Source: Candidatus Bathyarchaeia archaeon (GTDB lineage Archaea > Thermoproteota > Bathyarchaeia > Bathyarchaeales > Bathycorpusculaceae). Taken from it: 64,000 nt of DNA. The stretch spans positions 32,001-96,000 of the forward strand of contig JBEKTQ010000021.1 in assembly GCA_049515895.1 (NCBI GenBank), in the 5' to 3' direction. The notes beneath the pieces were generated by a model. It worked only from the letters and a program-made list of their open reading frames with translations. It was not told the DNA's origin and ran no database searches. The translations under genes were made by a program, and so were the position numbers. Below are positions 48,642 to 57,832 of this stretch, piece by piece; position 1 is the stretch's first letter, and every line of letters starts with the position of its first letter.

Positions 48642-49049
48642 TCAAATCGTCGAGGGTTTAAAGCAGTATCGGGGCCACTGCGGCCATTGCTGCGTTGCAG
48701 TGCAGGAGCCGAAATCCACTGTTAACTCCATCCCTATTTTCAGCTGTTCCTGCGTGATGCCGTTGATCATGCCTGGGATCTTCAAGCCGTCTTCAAGCTG
48801 GACAATGCCTACTGCGTAGGGTGTTAGCGCACGGAACTGTTCGGGTGCGACGTTTATGACTGTGTATGTGAGCAATTTGCCTTTCCCCGAGATTTTGACC
48901 CATTCAAATTCTTGTGAGAGACAGTTGTCACATAGAGGTCTAGGCGGCAAATGGATTTTTCCGCACTTGAGGCATTTTCCCGCCATCAACTTGTCCTGCT
49001 GCAGGAACTTGTAAAATTGTTCAATTGAAAAGGGTTCTTGCGAGCTCAT
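48642..49049 (-). CDS. DUF35 Zn-ribbon/OB-fold protein
   Basis: CLKCG...PPRPLCDNC, GKLLTYT; follows the thiolase. Confidence 0.92.
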   Translation of the reverse strand: MSSQEPFSIEQFYKFLQQDKLMAGKCLKCGKIHLPPRPLCDNCLSQEFEWVKISGKGKLLTYTVINVAPEQFRALTPYAVGIVQLEDGLKIPGMINGITQEQLKIGMELTVDFGSCTATQQWPQWPRYCFKPSTI

Positions 49050-49051
49050 TT

Positions 49052-50230
49052 TTAATCTCTCCTGTAAATGTGCACGGCCGCCGTTGCGCCAGATCCGCCA
49101 ACATTGTGTGTTAAACCTATCTTGGCATCCTTCACTTGACGTTTTCCAGCTCGATCTGTAAGCTGCAGGTAAACCTCGTAGGCTTGCGCGGTTCCAGTAG
49201 CGCCGACAGGGTGTCCTTTAGCTTTTAAGCCCCCGCTAGTGTTAACTGGAATTCGCCCGCCAAGGCATGTTTCGCCGCTTTCTACCATTTTGCCGCTTCC
49301 GCCAACTGCACAGAACCCGAGATCTTCGTAAGCCATAAGTTCCGCAAACGTGAAACAATCATGAATTTCAGCCAGATTAATGTCCCGTGGATTTACGTCA
49401 GCCATTTCATAAGCCGTCTTCGCAGCCAATTTGGTCGCATTCAGCGACGTTAAGCTTTGGCGTTGATACAAGCCGATGGTGTCTGTTGCTTGTCCGCTGC
49501 CCACGATATGTACGGGCGCATCGGTGTACTTATTGGCTAATTCGGGTCGTGTTATGATTACGCAGCTTGCGCCGTCAGTAATCAAGGAACAATCATAGAG
49601 TTTAAGCGGCCAAGCGACGTATCGTGAGGACATGGCGGCCTGCAATGTGATTTCTTTTTGCATGTGAGCTTTGGGGTTTAGACTACCATGATAATGGTTC
49701 TTGACCGAAACCATAGCCATCTGCGCCTCAGTCGTGCCATATTCGTGCATGTGAGCAGTCGCCATCATCGCGTATAATCCTGGGAAAGTGATACCGTGCC
49801 ATTGTTCAAATGGGTAATCTGAAGCCATAGCCAGATACTCAGTTACCTCTACAGTAGTGCGATGAGTCATCTTCTCGACCCCGCCGACCAAGACCACGTC
49901 AGCAAGCCCGGACATCGCAGCGTATATTCCCGAACGCAACGCAGCACCTGAAGAAGCACAAGCAGACTCCGTGCGCGTTGCAGCAACTCCCGTTAGCCCT
50001 GCCCAGTCCGCGACAGCTGCTCCCATGTGACCCTGATGCTCATAAGCTTCACCCATTTGCCCGATGAACATGGCTTTGATGTCTCTTTTCGGGTCAAGCT
50101 TGGGACAACTACTGAACGCTTCTTTTGCAGCTTCTGCAAAGATCTCTCTTGCCAGTAAACCATCACGCTTGCCGAACTTGGACATTCCAGCGCTTATGAT
50201 GCTAACAAGCGGCTTCCCATTCAAACCCAA
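49052..50230 (-). CDS. Archaeal thiolase (acetyl-CoA acetyltransferase family)
   Basis: ESACASSG, GVEKM, EIHDCF, NTSGGLKAKGHPVGATG. Confidence 0.93.
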   Translation of the reverse strand: MGLNGKPLVSIISAGMSKFGKRDGLLAREIFAEAAKEAFSSCPKLDPKRDIKAMFIGQMGEAYEHQGHMGAAVADWAGLTGVAATRTESACASSGAALRSGIYAAMSGLADVVLVGGVEKMTHRTTVEVTEYLAMASDYPFEQWHGITFPGLYAMMATAHMHEYGTTEAQMAMVSVKNHYHGSLNPKAHMQKEITLQAAMSSRYVAWPLKLYDCSLITDGASCVIITRPELANKYTDAPVHIVGSGQATDTIGLYQRQSLTSLNATKLAAKTAYEMADVNPRDINLAEIHDCFTFAELMAYEDLGFCAVGGSGKMVESGETCLGGRIPVNTSGGLKAKGHPVGATGTAQAYEVYLQLTDRAGKRQVKDAKIGLTHNVGGSGATAAVHIYRRD

Positions 50231-50339
50231 AGTTCCCTCTTAGATGCAATAAACAGTTGCCGAGCTAAATAAAAACTATGCAAATGAACCTCGAGAAACC
50301 ACAAAAAACCGATACAAATCATCAGTCAGTTCTTTATTT

Positions 50340-51308
50340 CTAAAGTCCTGTAACATAAATTCTCAAGGCCAAAATAGGCATAACCACAATTGCCCCGAAG
50401 AGAACAGCGGTCAAAGTCATAACCCTAAGTGCCCTGTGAATGTGTTCAGGCGTTATGCCATGGTCGTCACCAAGCGCGTAATGCCCGGGCTTCTCAAGCT
50501 GAGTACTAAGTGCACCAGCCATTGCTGAAATAGTCCACCCTGCATTTAGACTGACGGTTTTAGCCTTGTCCCTCTGCAATATGCGCAGTGATTCTCGCCA
50601 GTTCTCACGGAGCAAGTAGGAGGCAACAACCATAAGGTAAGCTGTTAACCTAGCTGGAATGTAGTTGGTTACGGTGTCGAGGTTTGCACTGAACCATCCG
50701 ATGTTCCTGTTTTCCTCGTTCTTGTAGCCCACCATTGAGTCCAACGTGTTAACAACACGGTAGGCAAAGGCGCCTGCGACGCCGAATATTGCGAAGAAGA
50801 AGAACGGCGCGGTTATCCCGTCGGTGGTGCTTTCCGCGATGGATTCGACTGCGGCTGAGGTAATTTGTCTCTCGTTTAGCGTGTTCGGGTCTCTGCGGAC
50901 GATGTAGGGTAGCCATTTTCGGGCTTCGGCCAAATCATTCTGTTTCAATGCTTTTGCAATTGGCTTGGTGTACTGGCCCATCCCTTTCACTGCAAATGTA
51001 GCCTTGAACAGAACTGCACCGACTATTATGTAGGGGATATCTCCGAATAATTGCCTAATAAAAAATAGCAATACGAAAACAGGCAAAGCGACAATAACCA
51101 TGACTGCTATGGCCAATAGTGAGCCGTTTGCTTTCTCCATTCGCGGGTTAGAGCTTTTCAGCTTAGGTTTCAGGTACCCGATGATTTTGCCTATCCCGAT
51201 GGTAGGGTGAATCCTGTCAGGGTACTCGCCGAATACCATGTCAATCAGAAGGGCTAAGATGAAAATCAGCGCGGAATCCACAAGAAGGGTTAGGTCAAAA
51301 GAAAACAT
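50340..51308 (-). CDS. cbiB: Adenosylcobinamide-phosphate synthase
   Basis: HPTIGIG, VESIAES, YRVVNTLDSMVGYK, NYIPARLT, NAGW. Confidence 0.92.
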   Translation of the reverse strand: MFSFDLTLLVDSALIFILALLIDMVFGEYPDRIHPTIGIGKIIGYLKPKLKSSNPRMEKANGSLLAIAVMVIVALPVFVLLFFIRQLFGDIPYIIVGAVLFKATFAVKGMGQYTKPIAKALKQNDLAEARKWLPYIVRRDPNTLNERQITSAAVESIAESTTDGITAPFFFFAIFGVAGAFAYRVVNTLDSMVGYKNEENRNIGWFSANLDTVTNYIPARLTAYLMVVASYLLRENWRESLRILQRDKAKTVSLNAGWTISAMAGALSTQLEKPGHYALGDDHGITPEHIHRALRVMTLTAVLFGAIVVMPILALRIYVTGL

Positions 51309-51334
51309 GGTTTAGCAATCAAACCCATTCATTG

Positions 51335-52465
51335 TTAATTCTTCACTGTCCGCTTTAAAGCTTCAATCAAATGTTCATTCTCAGAGTGGGTTTTGACTGC
51401 TACGCGGACATAATATTGGTCTATTCCACGGAAAGATGTACAGTCGCGAACCAAAATACGTTGAGTAAGCAACCTACCTGCAATTTCAGTCGCAGTTAAA
51501 CCCGTCTTGCGGACGTCGATGAAGAAAAAGTTCGCGTCGGCTGGGTAAACCTTGAACGAGTTGAATTTGTCCAACTCAGCCAAAAGCTGCGTTTTCTCTT
51601 TTTTGACAAGTTCGCGAGTCACCCTCAGGTGTTCCTCATCTTTGAGTGCTGCGACAGCAGCAGCCTGAGCTAAACAATTAACGTTCCAAGGAATCTTCGC
51701 GCATGAAATCACGTTGACGATTTCTTCGCTGGCGATGCCGTAGCCAATACGTAAACCAGTTAACCCGAAAATTTTCGTGAACGACCGAAGAATGAACAGG
51801 TTGGGGTAACGTTTGATTTTGCCTATCAGCGATAAGGCTTCTCCGTTTTCTACAAACTCCAAAAAGTCCTCGTCGAGAAAAACAAGCGTGTCCTGCGCCA
51901 TTGCCTTTTCAACTATTTCAGTCAGGGTTTGGTTTGGGATTAAAATGCTTGTCGGGTTATTCGGGTTGCATAAGAAAACAATCTTGGCACCAACCATTTC
52001 ACGAATAAAAGCTTCGGCTTCTACATTGAAGTTCTTGTCAAGCTTGACGAATTTCGCTGTTTCCCCAGTTTTCCTAACCGCGCTCTCATATTCGCCAAAT
52101 GTCGGCGCAGGAATCAGGGCTACTTCGCCCTTTCTCAGAAATGCCTCGGCGAAGAGGTACATGAGTTCCGTGGAGCCGTTTCCGACAACAACGTTATTTT
52201 TGCTGATTCCGCTGAAGTGACCTGCGATAGCTTGCCGAAGCTCGTTAGAGTTTGAGTCTGGGTAAGCTGGAATTTCGGAGAACCTTTTTTTTGCCGCTTC
52301 AAGCGCTTTTTTGGATGACCCCAGAGGGTTCACGTTTGAACTGAAGTCCAAAATTTCCTCTCGCTTCAGCCCGCTTTTGCCAGCTGCATCCAAAACCTCG
52401 CCGCCGTGAACGCATGGCTTGAGGTTTTTTATGTTGTCTCTGACCAGGTTTTCAACAGGCTTCAT
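51335..52465 (-). CDS. cobD: Threonine-phosphate decarboxylase / HisC-like PLP enzyme
   Basis: HGG, DFSSNVNPLG, CNPNNPT, RSFTKIFGLTGLRIGY; adjacent to cbiB. Confidence 0.8.
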   Translation of the reverse strand: MKPVENLVRDNIKNLKPCVHGGEVLDAAGKSGLKREEILDFSSNVNPLGSSKKALEAAKKRFSEIPAYPDSNSNELRQAIAGHFSGISKNNVVVGNGSTELMYLFAEAFLRKGEVALIPAPTFGEYESAVRKTGETAKFVKLDKNFNVEAEAFIREMVGAKIVFLCNPNNPTSILIPNQTLTEIVEKAMAQDTLVFLDEDFLEFVENGEALSLIGKIKRYPNLFILRSFTKIFGLTGLRIGYGIASEEIVNVISCAKIPWNVNCLAQAAAVAALKDEEHLRVTRELVKKEKTQLLAELDKFNSFKVYPADANFFFIDVRKTGLTATEIAGRLLTQRILVRDCTSFRGIDQYYVRVAVKTHSENEHLIEALKRTVKN

Positions 52466-52697
52466 CGGGGTTCAATCCTTCAGTCAATCAGGGCTGAAAT
52501 GCGTAGGTTTCTCTTTGACGTAAATCATATAAATGTTTGGTTGGCGCATGACAAGTCAATGCGGAGGATTCAGATTTTGCCACATCTAAAGAGGAAAGGT
52601 GAACGAATGGAAATTGCCACATATTAGCTTGACTTAGGTTAGTATACAAAAGCTTTTTTGGTCGGCGAGGGAAGAATAAATAGGAAGGTTTTGGCTC

Positions 52698-52880
52698 ATG
52701 AGCGATAAACTGGATAAACATGACTTGGATTTGCTAAAGGAAATGGTCAAGGAAAAGAAGCGTGGCGAGCCTGTGGAGGAAGTTCTCTCCGTATTTTGCG
52801 AGCGTCAAGGAATTTCTATGGATGCGTGTCGCGAATGCTACAAGGAGCTGGTTGAAAAGGGCGAGATAAAAGAGAAATAA
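52698..52880 (+). CDS. Small hypothetical protein
   Basis: 60 aa, charged and helical; lies upstream of dph5. Confidence 0.6.
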   Translation: MSDKLDKHDLDLLKEMVKEKKRGEPVEEVLSVFCERQGISMDACRECYKELVEKGEIKEK

Positions 52881-52921
52881 CGTTTAAGTTTTAAACCTTC
52901 AATAGCTAAGCGGGTCTCAAA

Positions 52922-53719
52922 TTGAACGAACTTGTATTCGTAGGCTTAGGGTTAAACGACGAAAAAGGCGTCAGCGTCAACGGTTTAGAAGAAACCAAAA
53001 GCGCAGATACCGTTTTTATCGAGCTCTATACGAGCCTAATGCCTGACTTTAGCCTTCGACGCTTTGAATCTTTGTGCGGCAAACATATCTGTGTTGTTTC
53101 AAGGAATGAACTTGAAGAAGAAAACGGAACATCGATTCTGCAAGCCGCTGAGAAAGGCAAAACGGTGTTTCTTGTTCCAGGCGACCCTTTCATCGCTACG
53201 ACACACGTCACGCTGAGAATTAATGCAGAGAAAAAGGGGGTAAAAACTCGCATTGTTCACGGTGCATCAATAATTTCGGCGATTGTAAGCCTGTCAGGGT
53301 TGCATAATTACAAATTCGGAAAAACCGTCACCGTTCCTTTCCAGGAAAACTTCTCCGCCACACCTTACCACGTTATTTCCCAGAACAAAAAGTCTGGTTT
53401 GCATACGCTTTGCCTTTTGGATTTGAAAGCCCCTGAAAAGCAGTTCCTAAGCGTCAAGCAAGCCATCGGGTTGCTTTCGGAGGTTGAAAAGAAAAAGAAG
53501 GAGGGCATAGTTACGCCGGATGCTGTTGCGGTCGGGATAGCTCGGGCGGGAAGCAAAAACCCAACTTTAAAGGCAGATTTCGCGAAGAACATTATGGATT
53601 TTGATTTCGGTGAGCCACCCTATAGTTTGATTTTTCCGGGAGATATGCATTTTATGGAAGTTGAAGCCTTAATCGCTTTTGCAGGTGCCCCAGCAGAGTT
53701 CAGGAGGCTTGCTAAGTGA
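52922..53719 (+). CDS. dph5: Diphthine synthase
   Basis: FVGLGL, ELYTS, GDPFIATTH, YKFGKT, GLHTLCLLD. Confidence 0.95.
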   Translation: MNELVFVGLGLNDEKGVSVNGLEETKSADTVFIELYTSLMPDFSLRRFESLCGKHICVVSRNELEEENGTSILQAAEKGKTVFLVPGDPFIATTHVTLRINAEKKGVKTRIVHGASIISAIVSLSGLHNYKFGKTVTVPFQENFSATPYHVISQNKKSGLHTLCLLDLKAPEKQFLSVKQAIGLLSEVEKKKKEGIVTPDAVAVGIARAGSKNPTLKADFAKNIMDFDFGEPPYSLIFPGDMHFMEVEALIAFAGAPAEFRRLAK

Positions 53720-54003
53720 GTTTAAAGTCTCTTACAACGAAGTACATTGAATCTGCCGAAAAAGTTCTAAAAGACTTGGAGCAGACAAAAGTAGCTATAA
53801 CTGTTCCAGAGGCGGATGTGGTTAAGGTTCTGAATTGGGCAAGTGACTACTTGGAGGACGCAAAGTATTATAAGGCTCAAGGAAAATTGGAAACCAGCTT
53901 GACCTCGGTAGCCTACTGTGAAGGGCTACTTGACGCATTACGATTATTGAGAGGTGTGAAATTCGAATGGCCAACCGTAAAAGAAAGAAAAAAACTGTCT
54001 TAG
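53716..54003 (+). CDS. DUF357 family protein
   Basis: YLEDAKYY...AYCEGLLDALRLL; usual dph5 neighbour. Confidence 0.88.
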   Translation: MSLKSLTTKYIESAEKVLKDLEQTKVAITVPEADVVKVLNWASDYLEDAKYYKAQGKLETSLTSVAYCEGLLDALRLLRGVKFEWPTVKERKKLS

Positions 54004-54455
54004 CATCAGGCGTGTTCGACTTACTTCATCTGGGTCACGTGAGGTTTTTAGAGGAAGCCAAGAAAGCAGGTGGAAAAGACGCTCAGTTGATCGTTGTTAT
54101 TGCAAGGGATAGCACGGTTGAGAAATCTAAAGGTGGAAAACCTATAATGCCTGAGAATGAACGCTGCTTGTTGGTTGAGTCTCTCAAGGTGGTTGATAAG
54201 GCGGTGCTTGGTTACGAGAACCTTGACATCGGCGAAATCATTGAGAACCTTAAGCCGGACGTAATTGCTTTAGGATACGACCAAGACGATGTGATGAAGC
54301 AAGTTCAAGACTACGTGAATAAGAACAAGTTGAAGGTGAAAGTTGCGAGAATCGGCAAGTTTGGAGAGGATAGTTTAGATAGCTCATCAAAGATTAAAAA
54401 AGAAATAATCGACAAACGCCCGCGCCTCAGCTACGCGCAGAGCAAATTTGGTTAA
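53967..54455 (+). CDS. ribL: FAD synthase (cytidylyltransferase family)
   Basis: GVFDLLHLGH, VIARD, PDVIALGYDQ, SSSKIK. Confidence 0.85.
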   Translation: MANRKRKKKTVLASGVFDLLHLGHVRFLEEAKKAGGKDAQLIVVIARDSTVEKSKGGKPIMPENERCLLVESLKVVDKAVLGYENLDIGEIIENLKPDVIALGYDQDDVMKQVQDYVNKNKLKVKVARIGKFGEDSLDSSSKIKKEIIDKRPRLSYAQSKFG

Positions 54456-55068
54456 CCCGATGAATAGCGAGAAGTACAAGCCGACATACGTCCTCATAGC
54501 CCTTAACGCGGCAATTTACATTTACACTTCTATAGTCGGCGGGAACGCGTTGACTACAAACTTGGCAGCCATCCCGCCCCTATACCAATGGAATTTTGAA
54601 GTTTTACACGGATGGTACTTCCAGCTTTTCACGTCCATGTTTATCCACGCATCAATACCGCACATAGTCGGCAACATGCTTTTCCTTTTCATCTTCGGTT
54701 TAAGAGCTGAAGAAATGTTTTCACTCCCCGAATATCTGGGAATCTATCTTGTAGGTGGCCTCGTCGGCAACGTTTTTACCTTGGCGTTTGGACCAGATTT
54801 TCTTTCAGTGGGAGCTTCCGGCGCAATCTTCGCTCTTTTCGGTGCATGCGTCATTTACGAAAAGCGTTCTGTTCGTCAATCTATAGTTGGAGCACTCGTT
54901 TACGCGTTCTTCCTGCTGCTTATGAGCGGATTAAGCACTGGAGTAAACGATTTGGCTCACCTCGGCGGCTTAGGCTTCGGTCTTCTATTTGGTTACTGGA
55001 TAGCAACAACACGCAAACCGCTCCAGGAATACTCCGTCAAGTACAAGCATCCTCTTTACCCGTTTTAG
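54448..55068 (+). CDS. Rhomboid intramembrane serine protease
   Basis: HIVGNM, GASGAIF, AHLGG. Confidence 0.92.
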   Translation: MVNPMNSEKYKPTYVLIALNAAIYIYTSIVGGNALTTNLAAIPPLYQWNFEVLHGWYFQLFTSMFIHASIPHIVGNMLFLFIFGLRAEEMFSLPEYLGIYLVGGLVGNVFTLAFGPDFLSVGASGAIFALFGACVIYEKRSVRQSIVGALVYAFFLLLMSGLSTGVNDLAHLGGLGFGLLFGYWIATTRKPLQEYSVKYKHPLYPF

Positions 55069-55069
55069 C

Positions 55070-55759
55070 CTACGTGGCAATGTAGATTTCCACTTTTACT
55101 TTGTTGCCATCTTTGAGATTCAACTGTTTTCTCAAGCAAACAGGCGCTATGATTTCCAGAACTGAGACATCGTAATGGCTCCGCAACGCTGTAACAAGGG
55201 CTCCTTTGACCTTGTTGTCTATCACCGCAGGGTAACACTTCACCAAACCGAAAGAACGGTCTTCATTCTTGAAACCTGTGACCTCAACGGCTGGGTATGC
55301 TTCCAGTTCCATGCGGGTTTTAATGTCATAGTCCGCCGTCAGCTTAAGGTTTAGAGTGCCGGGGTAAGGGTCAAAACCTAGCTTTTCAGCAAACTGTTTC
55401 CGATAATGCTCTTTGGAAATGTAGTATGCGCCTTCCCCCAGCCCAGTAAAGACGGTTCCTTCCAAGGTTACGGATGGCGGGTAGGTTTTTTCGACCAAAA
55501 ACTTTAGGCTGGAATAAAGCTTCAATAACTCCTTGGCTCCCTCCTCTTCGATTCTGATCAAGCTGCCTTCTGGAGTAATGTTGCGTTGGATCCAACCTTT
55601 ACGCTCCAGATCAATGAGGTAACGTGACGCTGTCTGCTGAGAAAACCCAAGCTTTCCCGCTAAGTATTCGGTCGAGATTTTGGCGGTTCGACGGTAGGCA
55701 CCCATCTCAGCAAGTTTCAGAAGCATGTAGAGGTGCTGCCAATCCTGCTTTTCACTCAA
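55070..55759 (-). CDS. ribK: CTP-dependent riboflavin kinase with N-terminal HTH
   Basis: SQQTASR HTH; GLGEGAYY, PYPGTLN, LEIIAP..LR. Confidence 0.92.
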   Translation of the reverse strand: MSEKQDWQHLYMLLKLAEMGAYRRTAKISTEYLAGKLGFSQQTASRYLIDLERKGWIQRNITPEGSLIRIEEEGAKELLKLYSSLKFLVEKTYPPSVTLEGTVFTGLGEGAYYISKEHYRKQFAEKLGFDPYPGTLNLKLTADYDIKTRMELEAYPAVEVTGFKNEDRSFGLVKCYPAVIDNKVKGALVTALRSHYDVSVLEIIAPVCLRKQLNLKDGNKVKVEIYIAT

Positions 55760-55913
55760 AGCTGTGTTCTCCGGCGGATTAGAAAGTAAGTGATAAGGTT
55801 ATTTAAGCGCCTCGAAACTCTCAGCCATCAAAGGCCGTAAAATTGTGAAAACCTAAAATCTATGCAAAAGATAATTTACCTAGCCGAGTTTTGCGGAAAA
55901 ATGGAGAGAAACC

Positions 55914-56660
55914 TTGAACGTTTTTGACAAGATGGGTATTTACTGGGCGGAGATGGCTGATCAAAACCCAACGCACAGGCAGGTAGAATTCCTAAAGAAC
56001 ACTTTAAAGTCGCAGGGGCCGATTTTAGACCTTGCTTGCGGAACGGGAAGGCACATAATTCCTCTTAGCGAAAAATACAGCGTTGTCGGGGTGGACATCT
56101 CGCCAAATCTTCTCAAAATAGCAAAAAACCGACTAAGCAGGATCCAACTAGTGAGAGCTGACATGCGAAGTTTACCCTTTAAGCCTGAAGCGTTCGCCGC
56201 CGCTATAAGCATGGATACAAGCTTTGGTTATTTGCACTCATTGAAAGGAGACATGCAAAGTCTTAAAGAACTTCAGGGAACGATAAAACCGAATGGATTG
56301 TTAATTGTTGACGTTTTTAATCGAGAACACTTATTGCAAAAATACTCTGCCAAAAACAATGTCAGTTTTAGACGAACGGAATATCCGAGTTTCTTTCTTT
56401 TGCAGCAGCGAACCATCGACAAAAACGGCGCAAAACTGCACGACTTATGGAAGGTTTGTGACAAAACTAACGGGAAAACAAGGATTTTTAGGCATGTTGT
56501 ACGTTTGTTCCAACTCAAGGGCTTGCAAGATTTGTTGCAGAAGACTGGTTTTGTGATTAAGCAGGTTAATGGAGATTATGAAGGGCAACAGTTTAGCCCT
56601 GACTCTAACAGGCTTATCTTGGTTGCACGTAAGAAAATTAATTATTTCGTCGAGAATTAA
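55914..56660 (+). CDS. Class I SAM-dependent methyltransferase
   Basis: ILDLACGTGRH, GVDIS, ADMR, TSFGY. Confidence 0.9.
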   Translation: MNVFDKMGIYWAEMADQNPTHRQVEFLKNTLKSQGPILDLACGTGRHIIPLSEKYSVVGVDISPNLLKIAKNRLSRIQLVRADMRSLPFKPEAFAAAISMDTSFGYLHSLKGDMQSLKELQGTIKPNGLLIVDVFNREHLLQKYSAKNNVSFRRTEYPSFFLLQQRTIDKNGAKLHDLWKVCDKTNGKTRIFRHVVRLFQLKGLQDLLQKTGFVIKQVNGDYEGQQFSPDSNRLILVARKKINYFVEN

Positions 56661-57274
56661 CTGGTTAGGAAAGGGTTAACCCTTTTTTCTTCGCCTATCA
56701 TCGATGTTGGTCCGTGACCGGGGTAAATTAGCAAGTATTCTGCCAAACTCTGCAGTTTTTGCAAAGACAGCTGCATTTCGCTGTCGGAACCACCTGGAAA
56801 ATCGGTCCTTCCAATCCCTCCTGCAAACAAGGTGTCACCAGTGAAAACTAGTCGTTCACCGAGAAGGCAGATACTTCCAGGCGTGTGCCCAGGAGTGTGT
56901 ATGACCGTTAGGGACGACTCGGTGCCGACCTCGATTAAGCTACCTTCATTCAGTAGGACGGTTGCGGGATAATTCTTGTTTTCTAAGACCGCCAGTGAAG
57001 CCGCATCCAAGTGGTGAATGCAGATGGGAACGTTGTATTTCTCTTGAAATATGGCGTCGCCGTTTATATGATCTGAGTGCCCATGTGTGTTCACAATCAG
57101 CTTCACGTTCAAGCCCGCTTGCTCTACGTAATCGAAGATCTGGTCGGCTTCTATAATAAGGTCCAACCCTGGGTCGATCACGATTGCGTCTTTCGTCTGT
57201 CGGGAGCTGACGACATAGCAGTTTGTTGATAAGCCGCCAACAGTGAACGTCTCAATAAGCATTGAAATCAACAA
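56657..57274 (-). CDS. MBL-fold metallo-hydrolase (glyoxalase II-like)
   Basis: THGHSDH, HTPGHTPG, TGDTLF, YPGHG. Confidence 0.92.
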   Translation of the reverse strand: MLISMLIETFTVGGLSTNCYVVSSRQTKDAIVIDPGLDLIIEADQIFDYVEQAGLNVKLIVNTHGHSDHINGDAIFQEKYNVPICIHHLDAASLAVLENKNYPATVLLNEGSLIEVGTESSLTVIHTPGHTPGSICLLGERLVFTGDTLFAGGIGRTDFPGGSDSEMQLSLQKLQSLAEYLLIYPGHGPTSMIGEEKRVNPFLTS

Positions 57275-57438
57275 TTCGAGTAATGCAAAAAGCCGAAATA
57301 AACCATTTGCTTAAGACCAAACATTAAGCAGCAAATACCCCGTTAAACCGATATCCTTACGAAAATGTAAGAAAAGCGTAGTTTGTGTTAACTTGACAGA
57401 CAGAATAAAAAATTAATTAGGACAACGCTTGGCCATTC

Positions 57439-57687
57439 TTAAGCGTCGAAGCCTGCTTGAAAGCCAGTGATTCTTATGGTGCTACTACATTTGCCGCATG
57501 AGATAACTAACTCTGCAAGTTCATCGTTCATGACTTTTGTATCTACGATTTTGTAGTTGGATTCGGACTCGTCATCGGGCGAAATCATTGTTCCACACTT
57601 GGGGCATGCGAAAGCGCCGTCTCCCTCGATGGCAAATAGGTTTATGACGTAGGCGCAACCCTTTTTCTCAGGCTTTTTCATCATCAT
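57439..57687 (-). CDS. Small zinc-finger protein
   Basis: CPKCG...CGKC. Confidence 0.75.
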   Translation of the reverse strand: MMMKKPEKKGCAYVINLFAIEGDGAFACPKCGTMISPDDESESNYKIVDTKVMNDELAELVISCGKCSSTIRITGFQAGFDA

Positions 57688-57832
57688 TTTTTTCCACTCT
57701 GTTTTGCTTTTTTTCTCTGTGTTTCTTTTTCTTTGTTTTTCTTAATTAACGGTTATGAATTTCTAGTCTGTATACAGGATACTTTTAAAATTTTACCCAA
57801 ATGAAGGGATAATAAGGGGGCGCCTCCGCTGC

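Noticed and set aside
48642-50230. Thiolase-DUF35 pair without HMG-CoA synthase as a novelty
   Set aside because: Stand-alone thiolase/DUF35 pairs are common in archaea.
51925-51947. GGGTTTGGTTTGGGATTAAAAT half-match to the palindrome family
   Set aside because: It lies inside the cobD coding sequence and lacks the right arm; probably chance.
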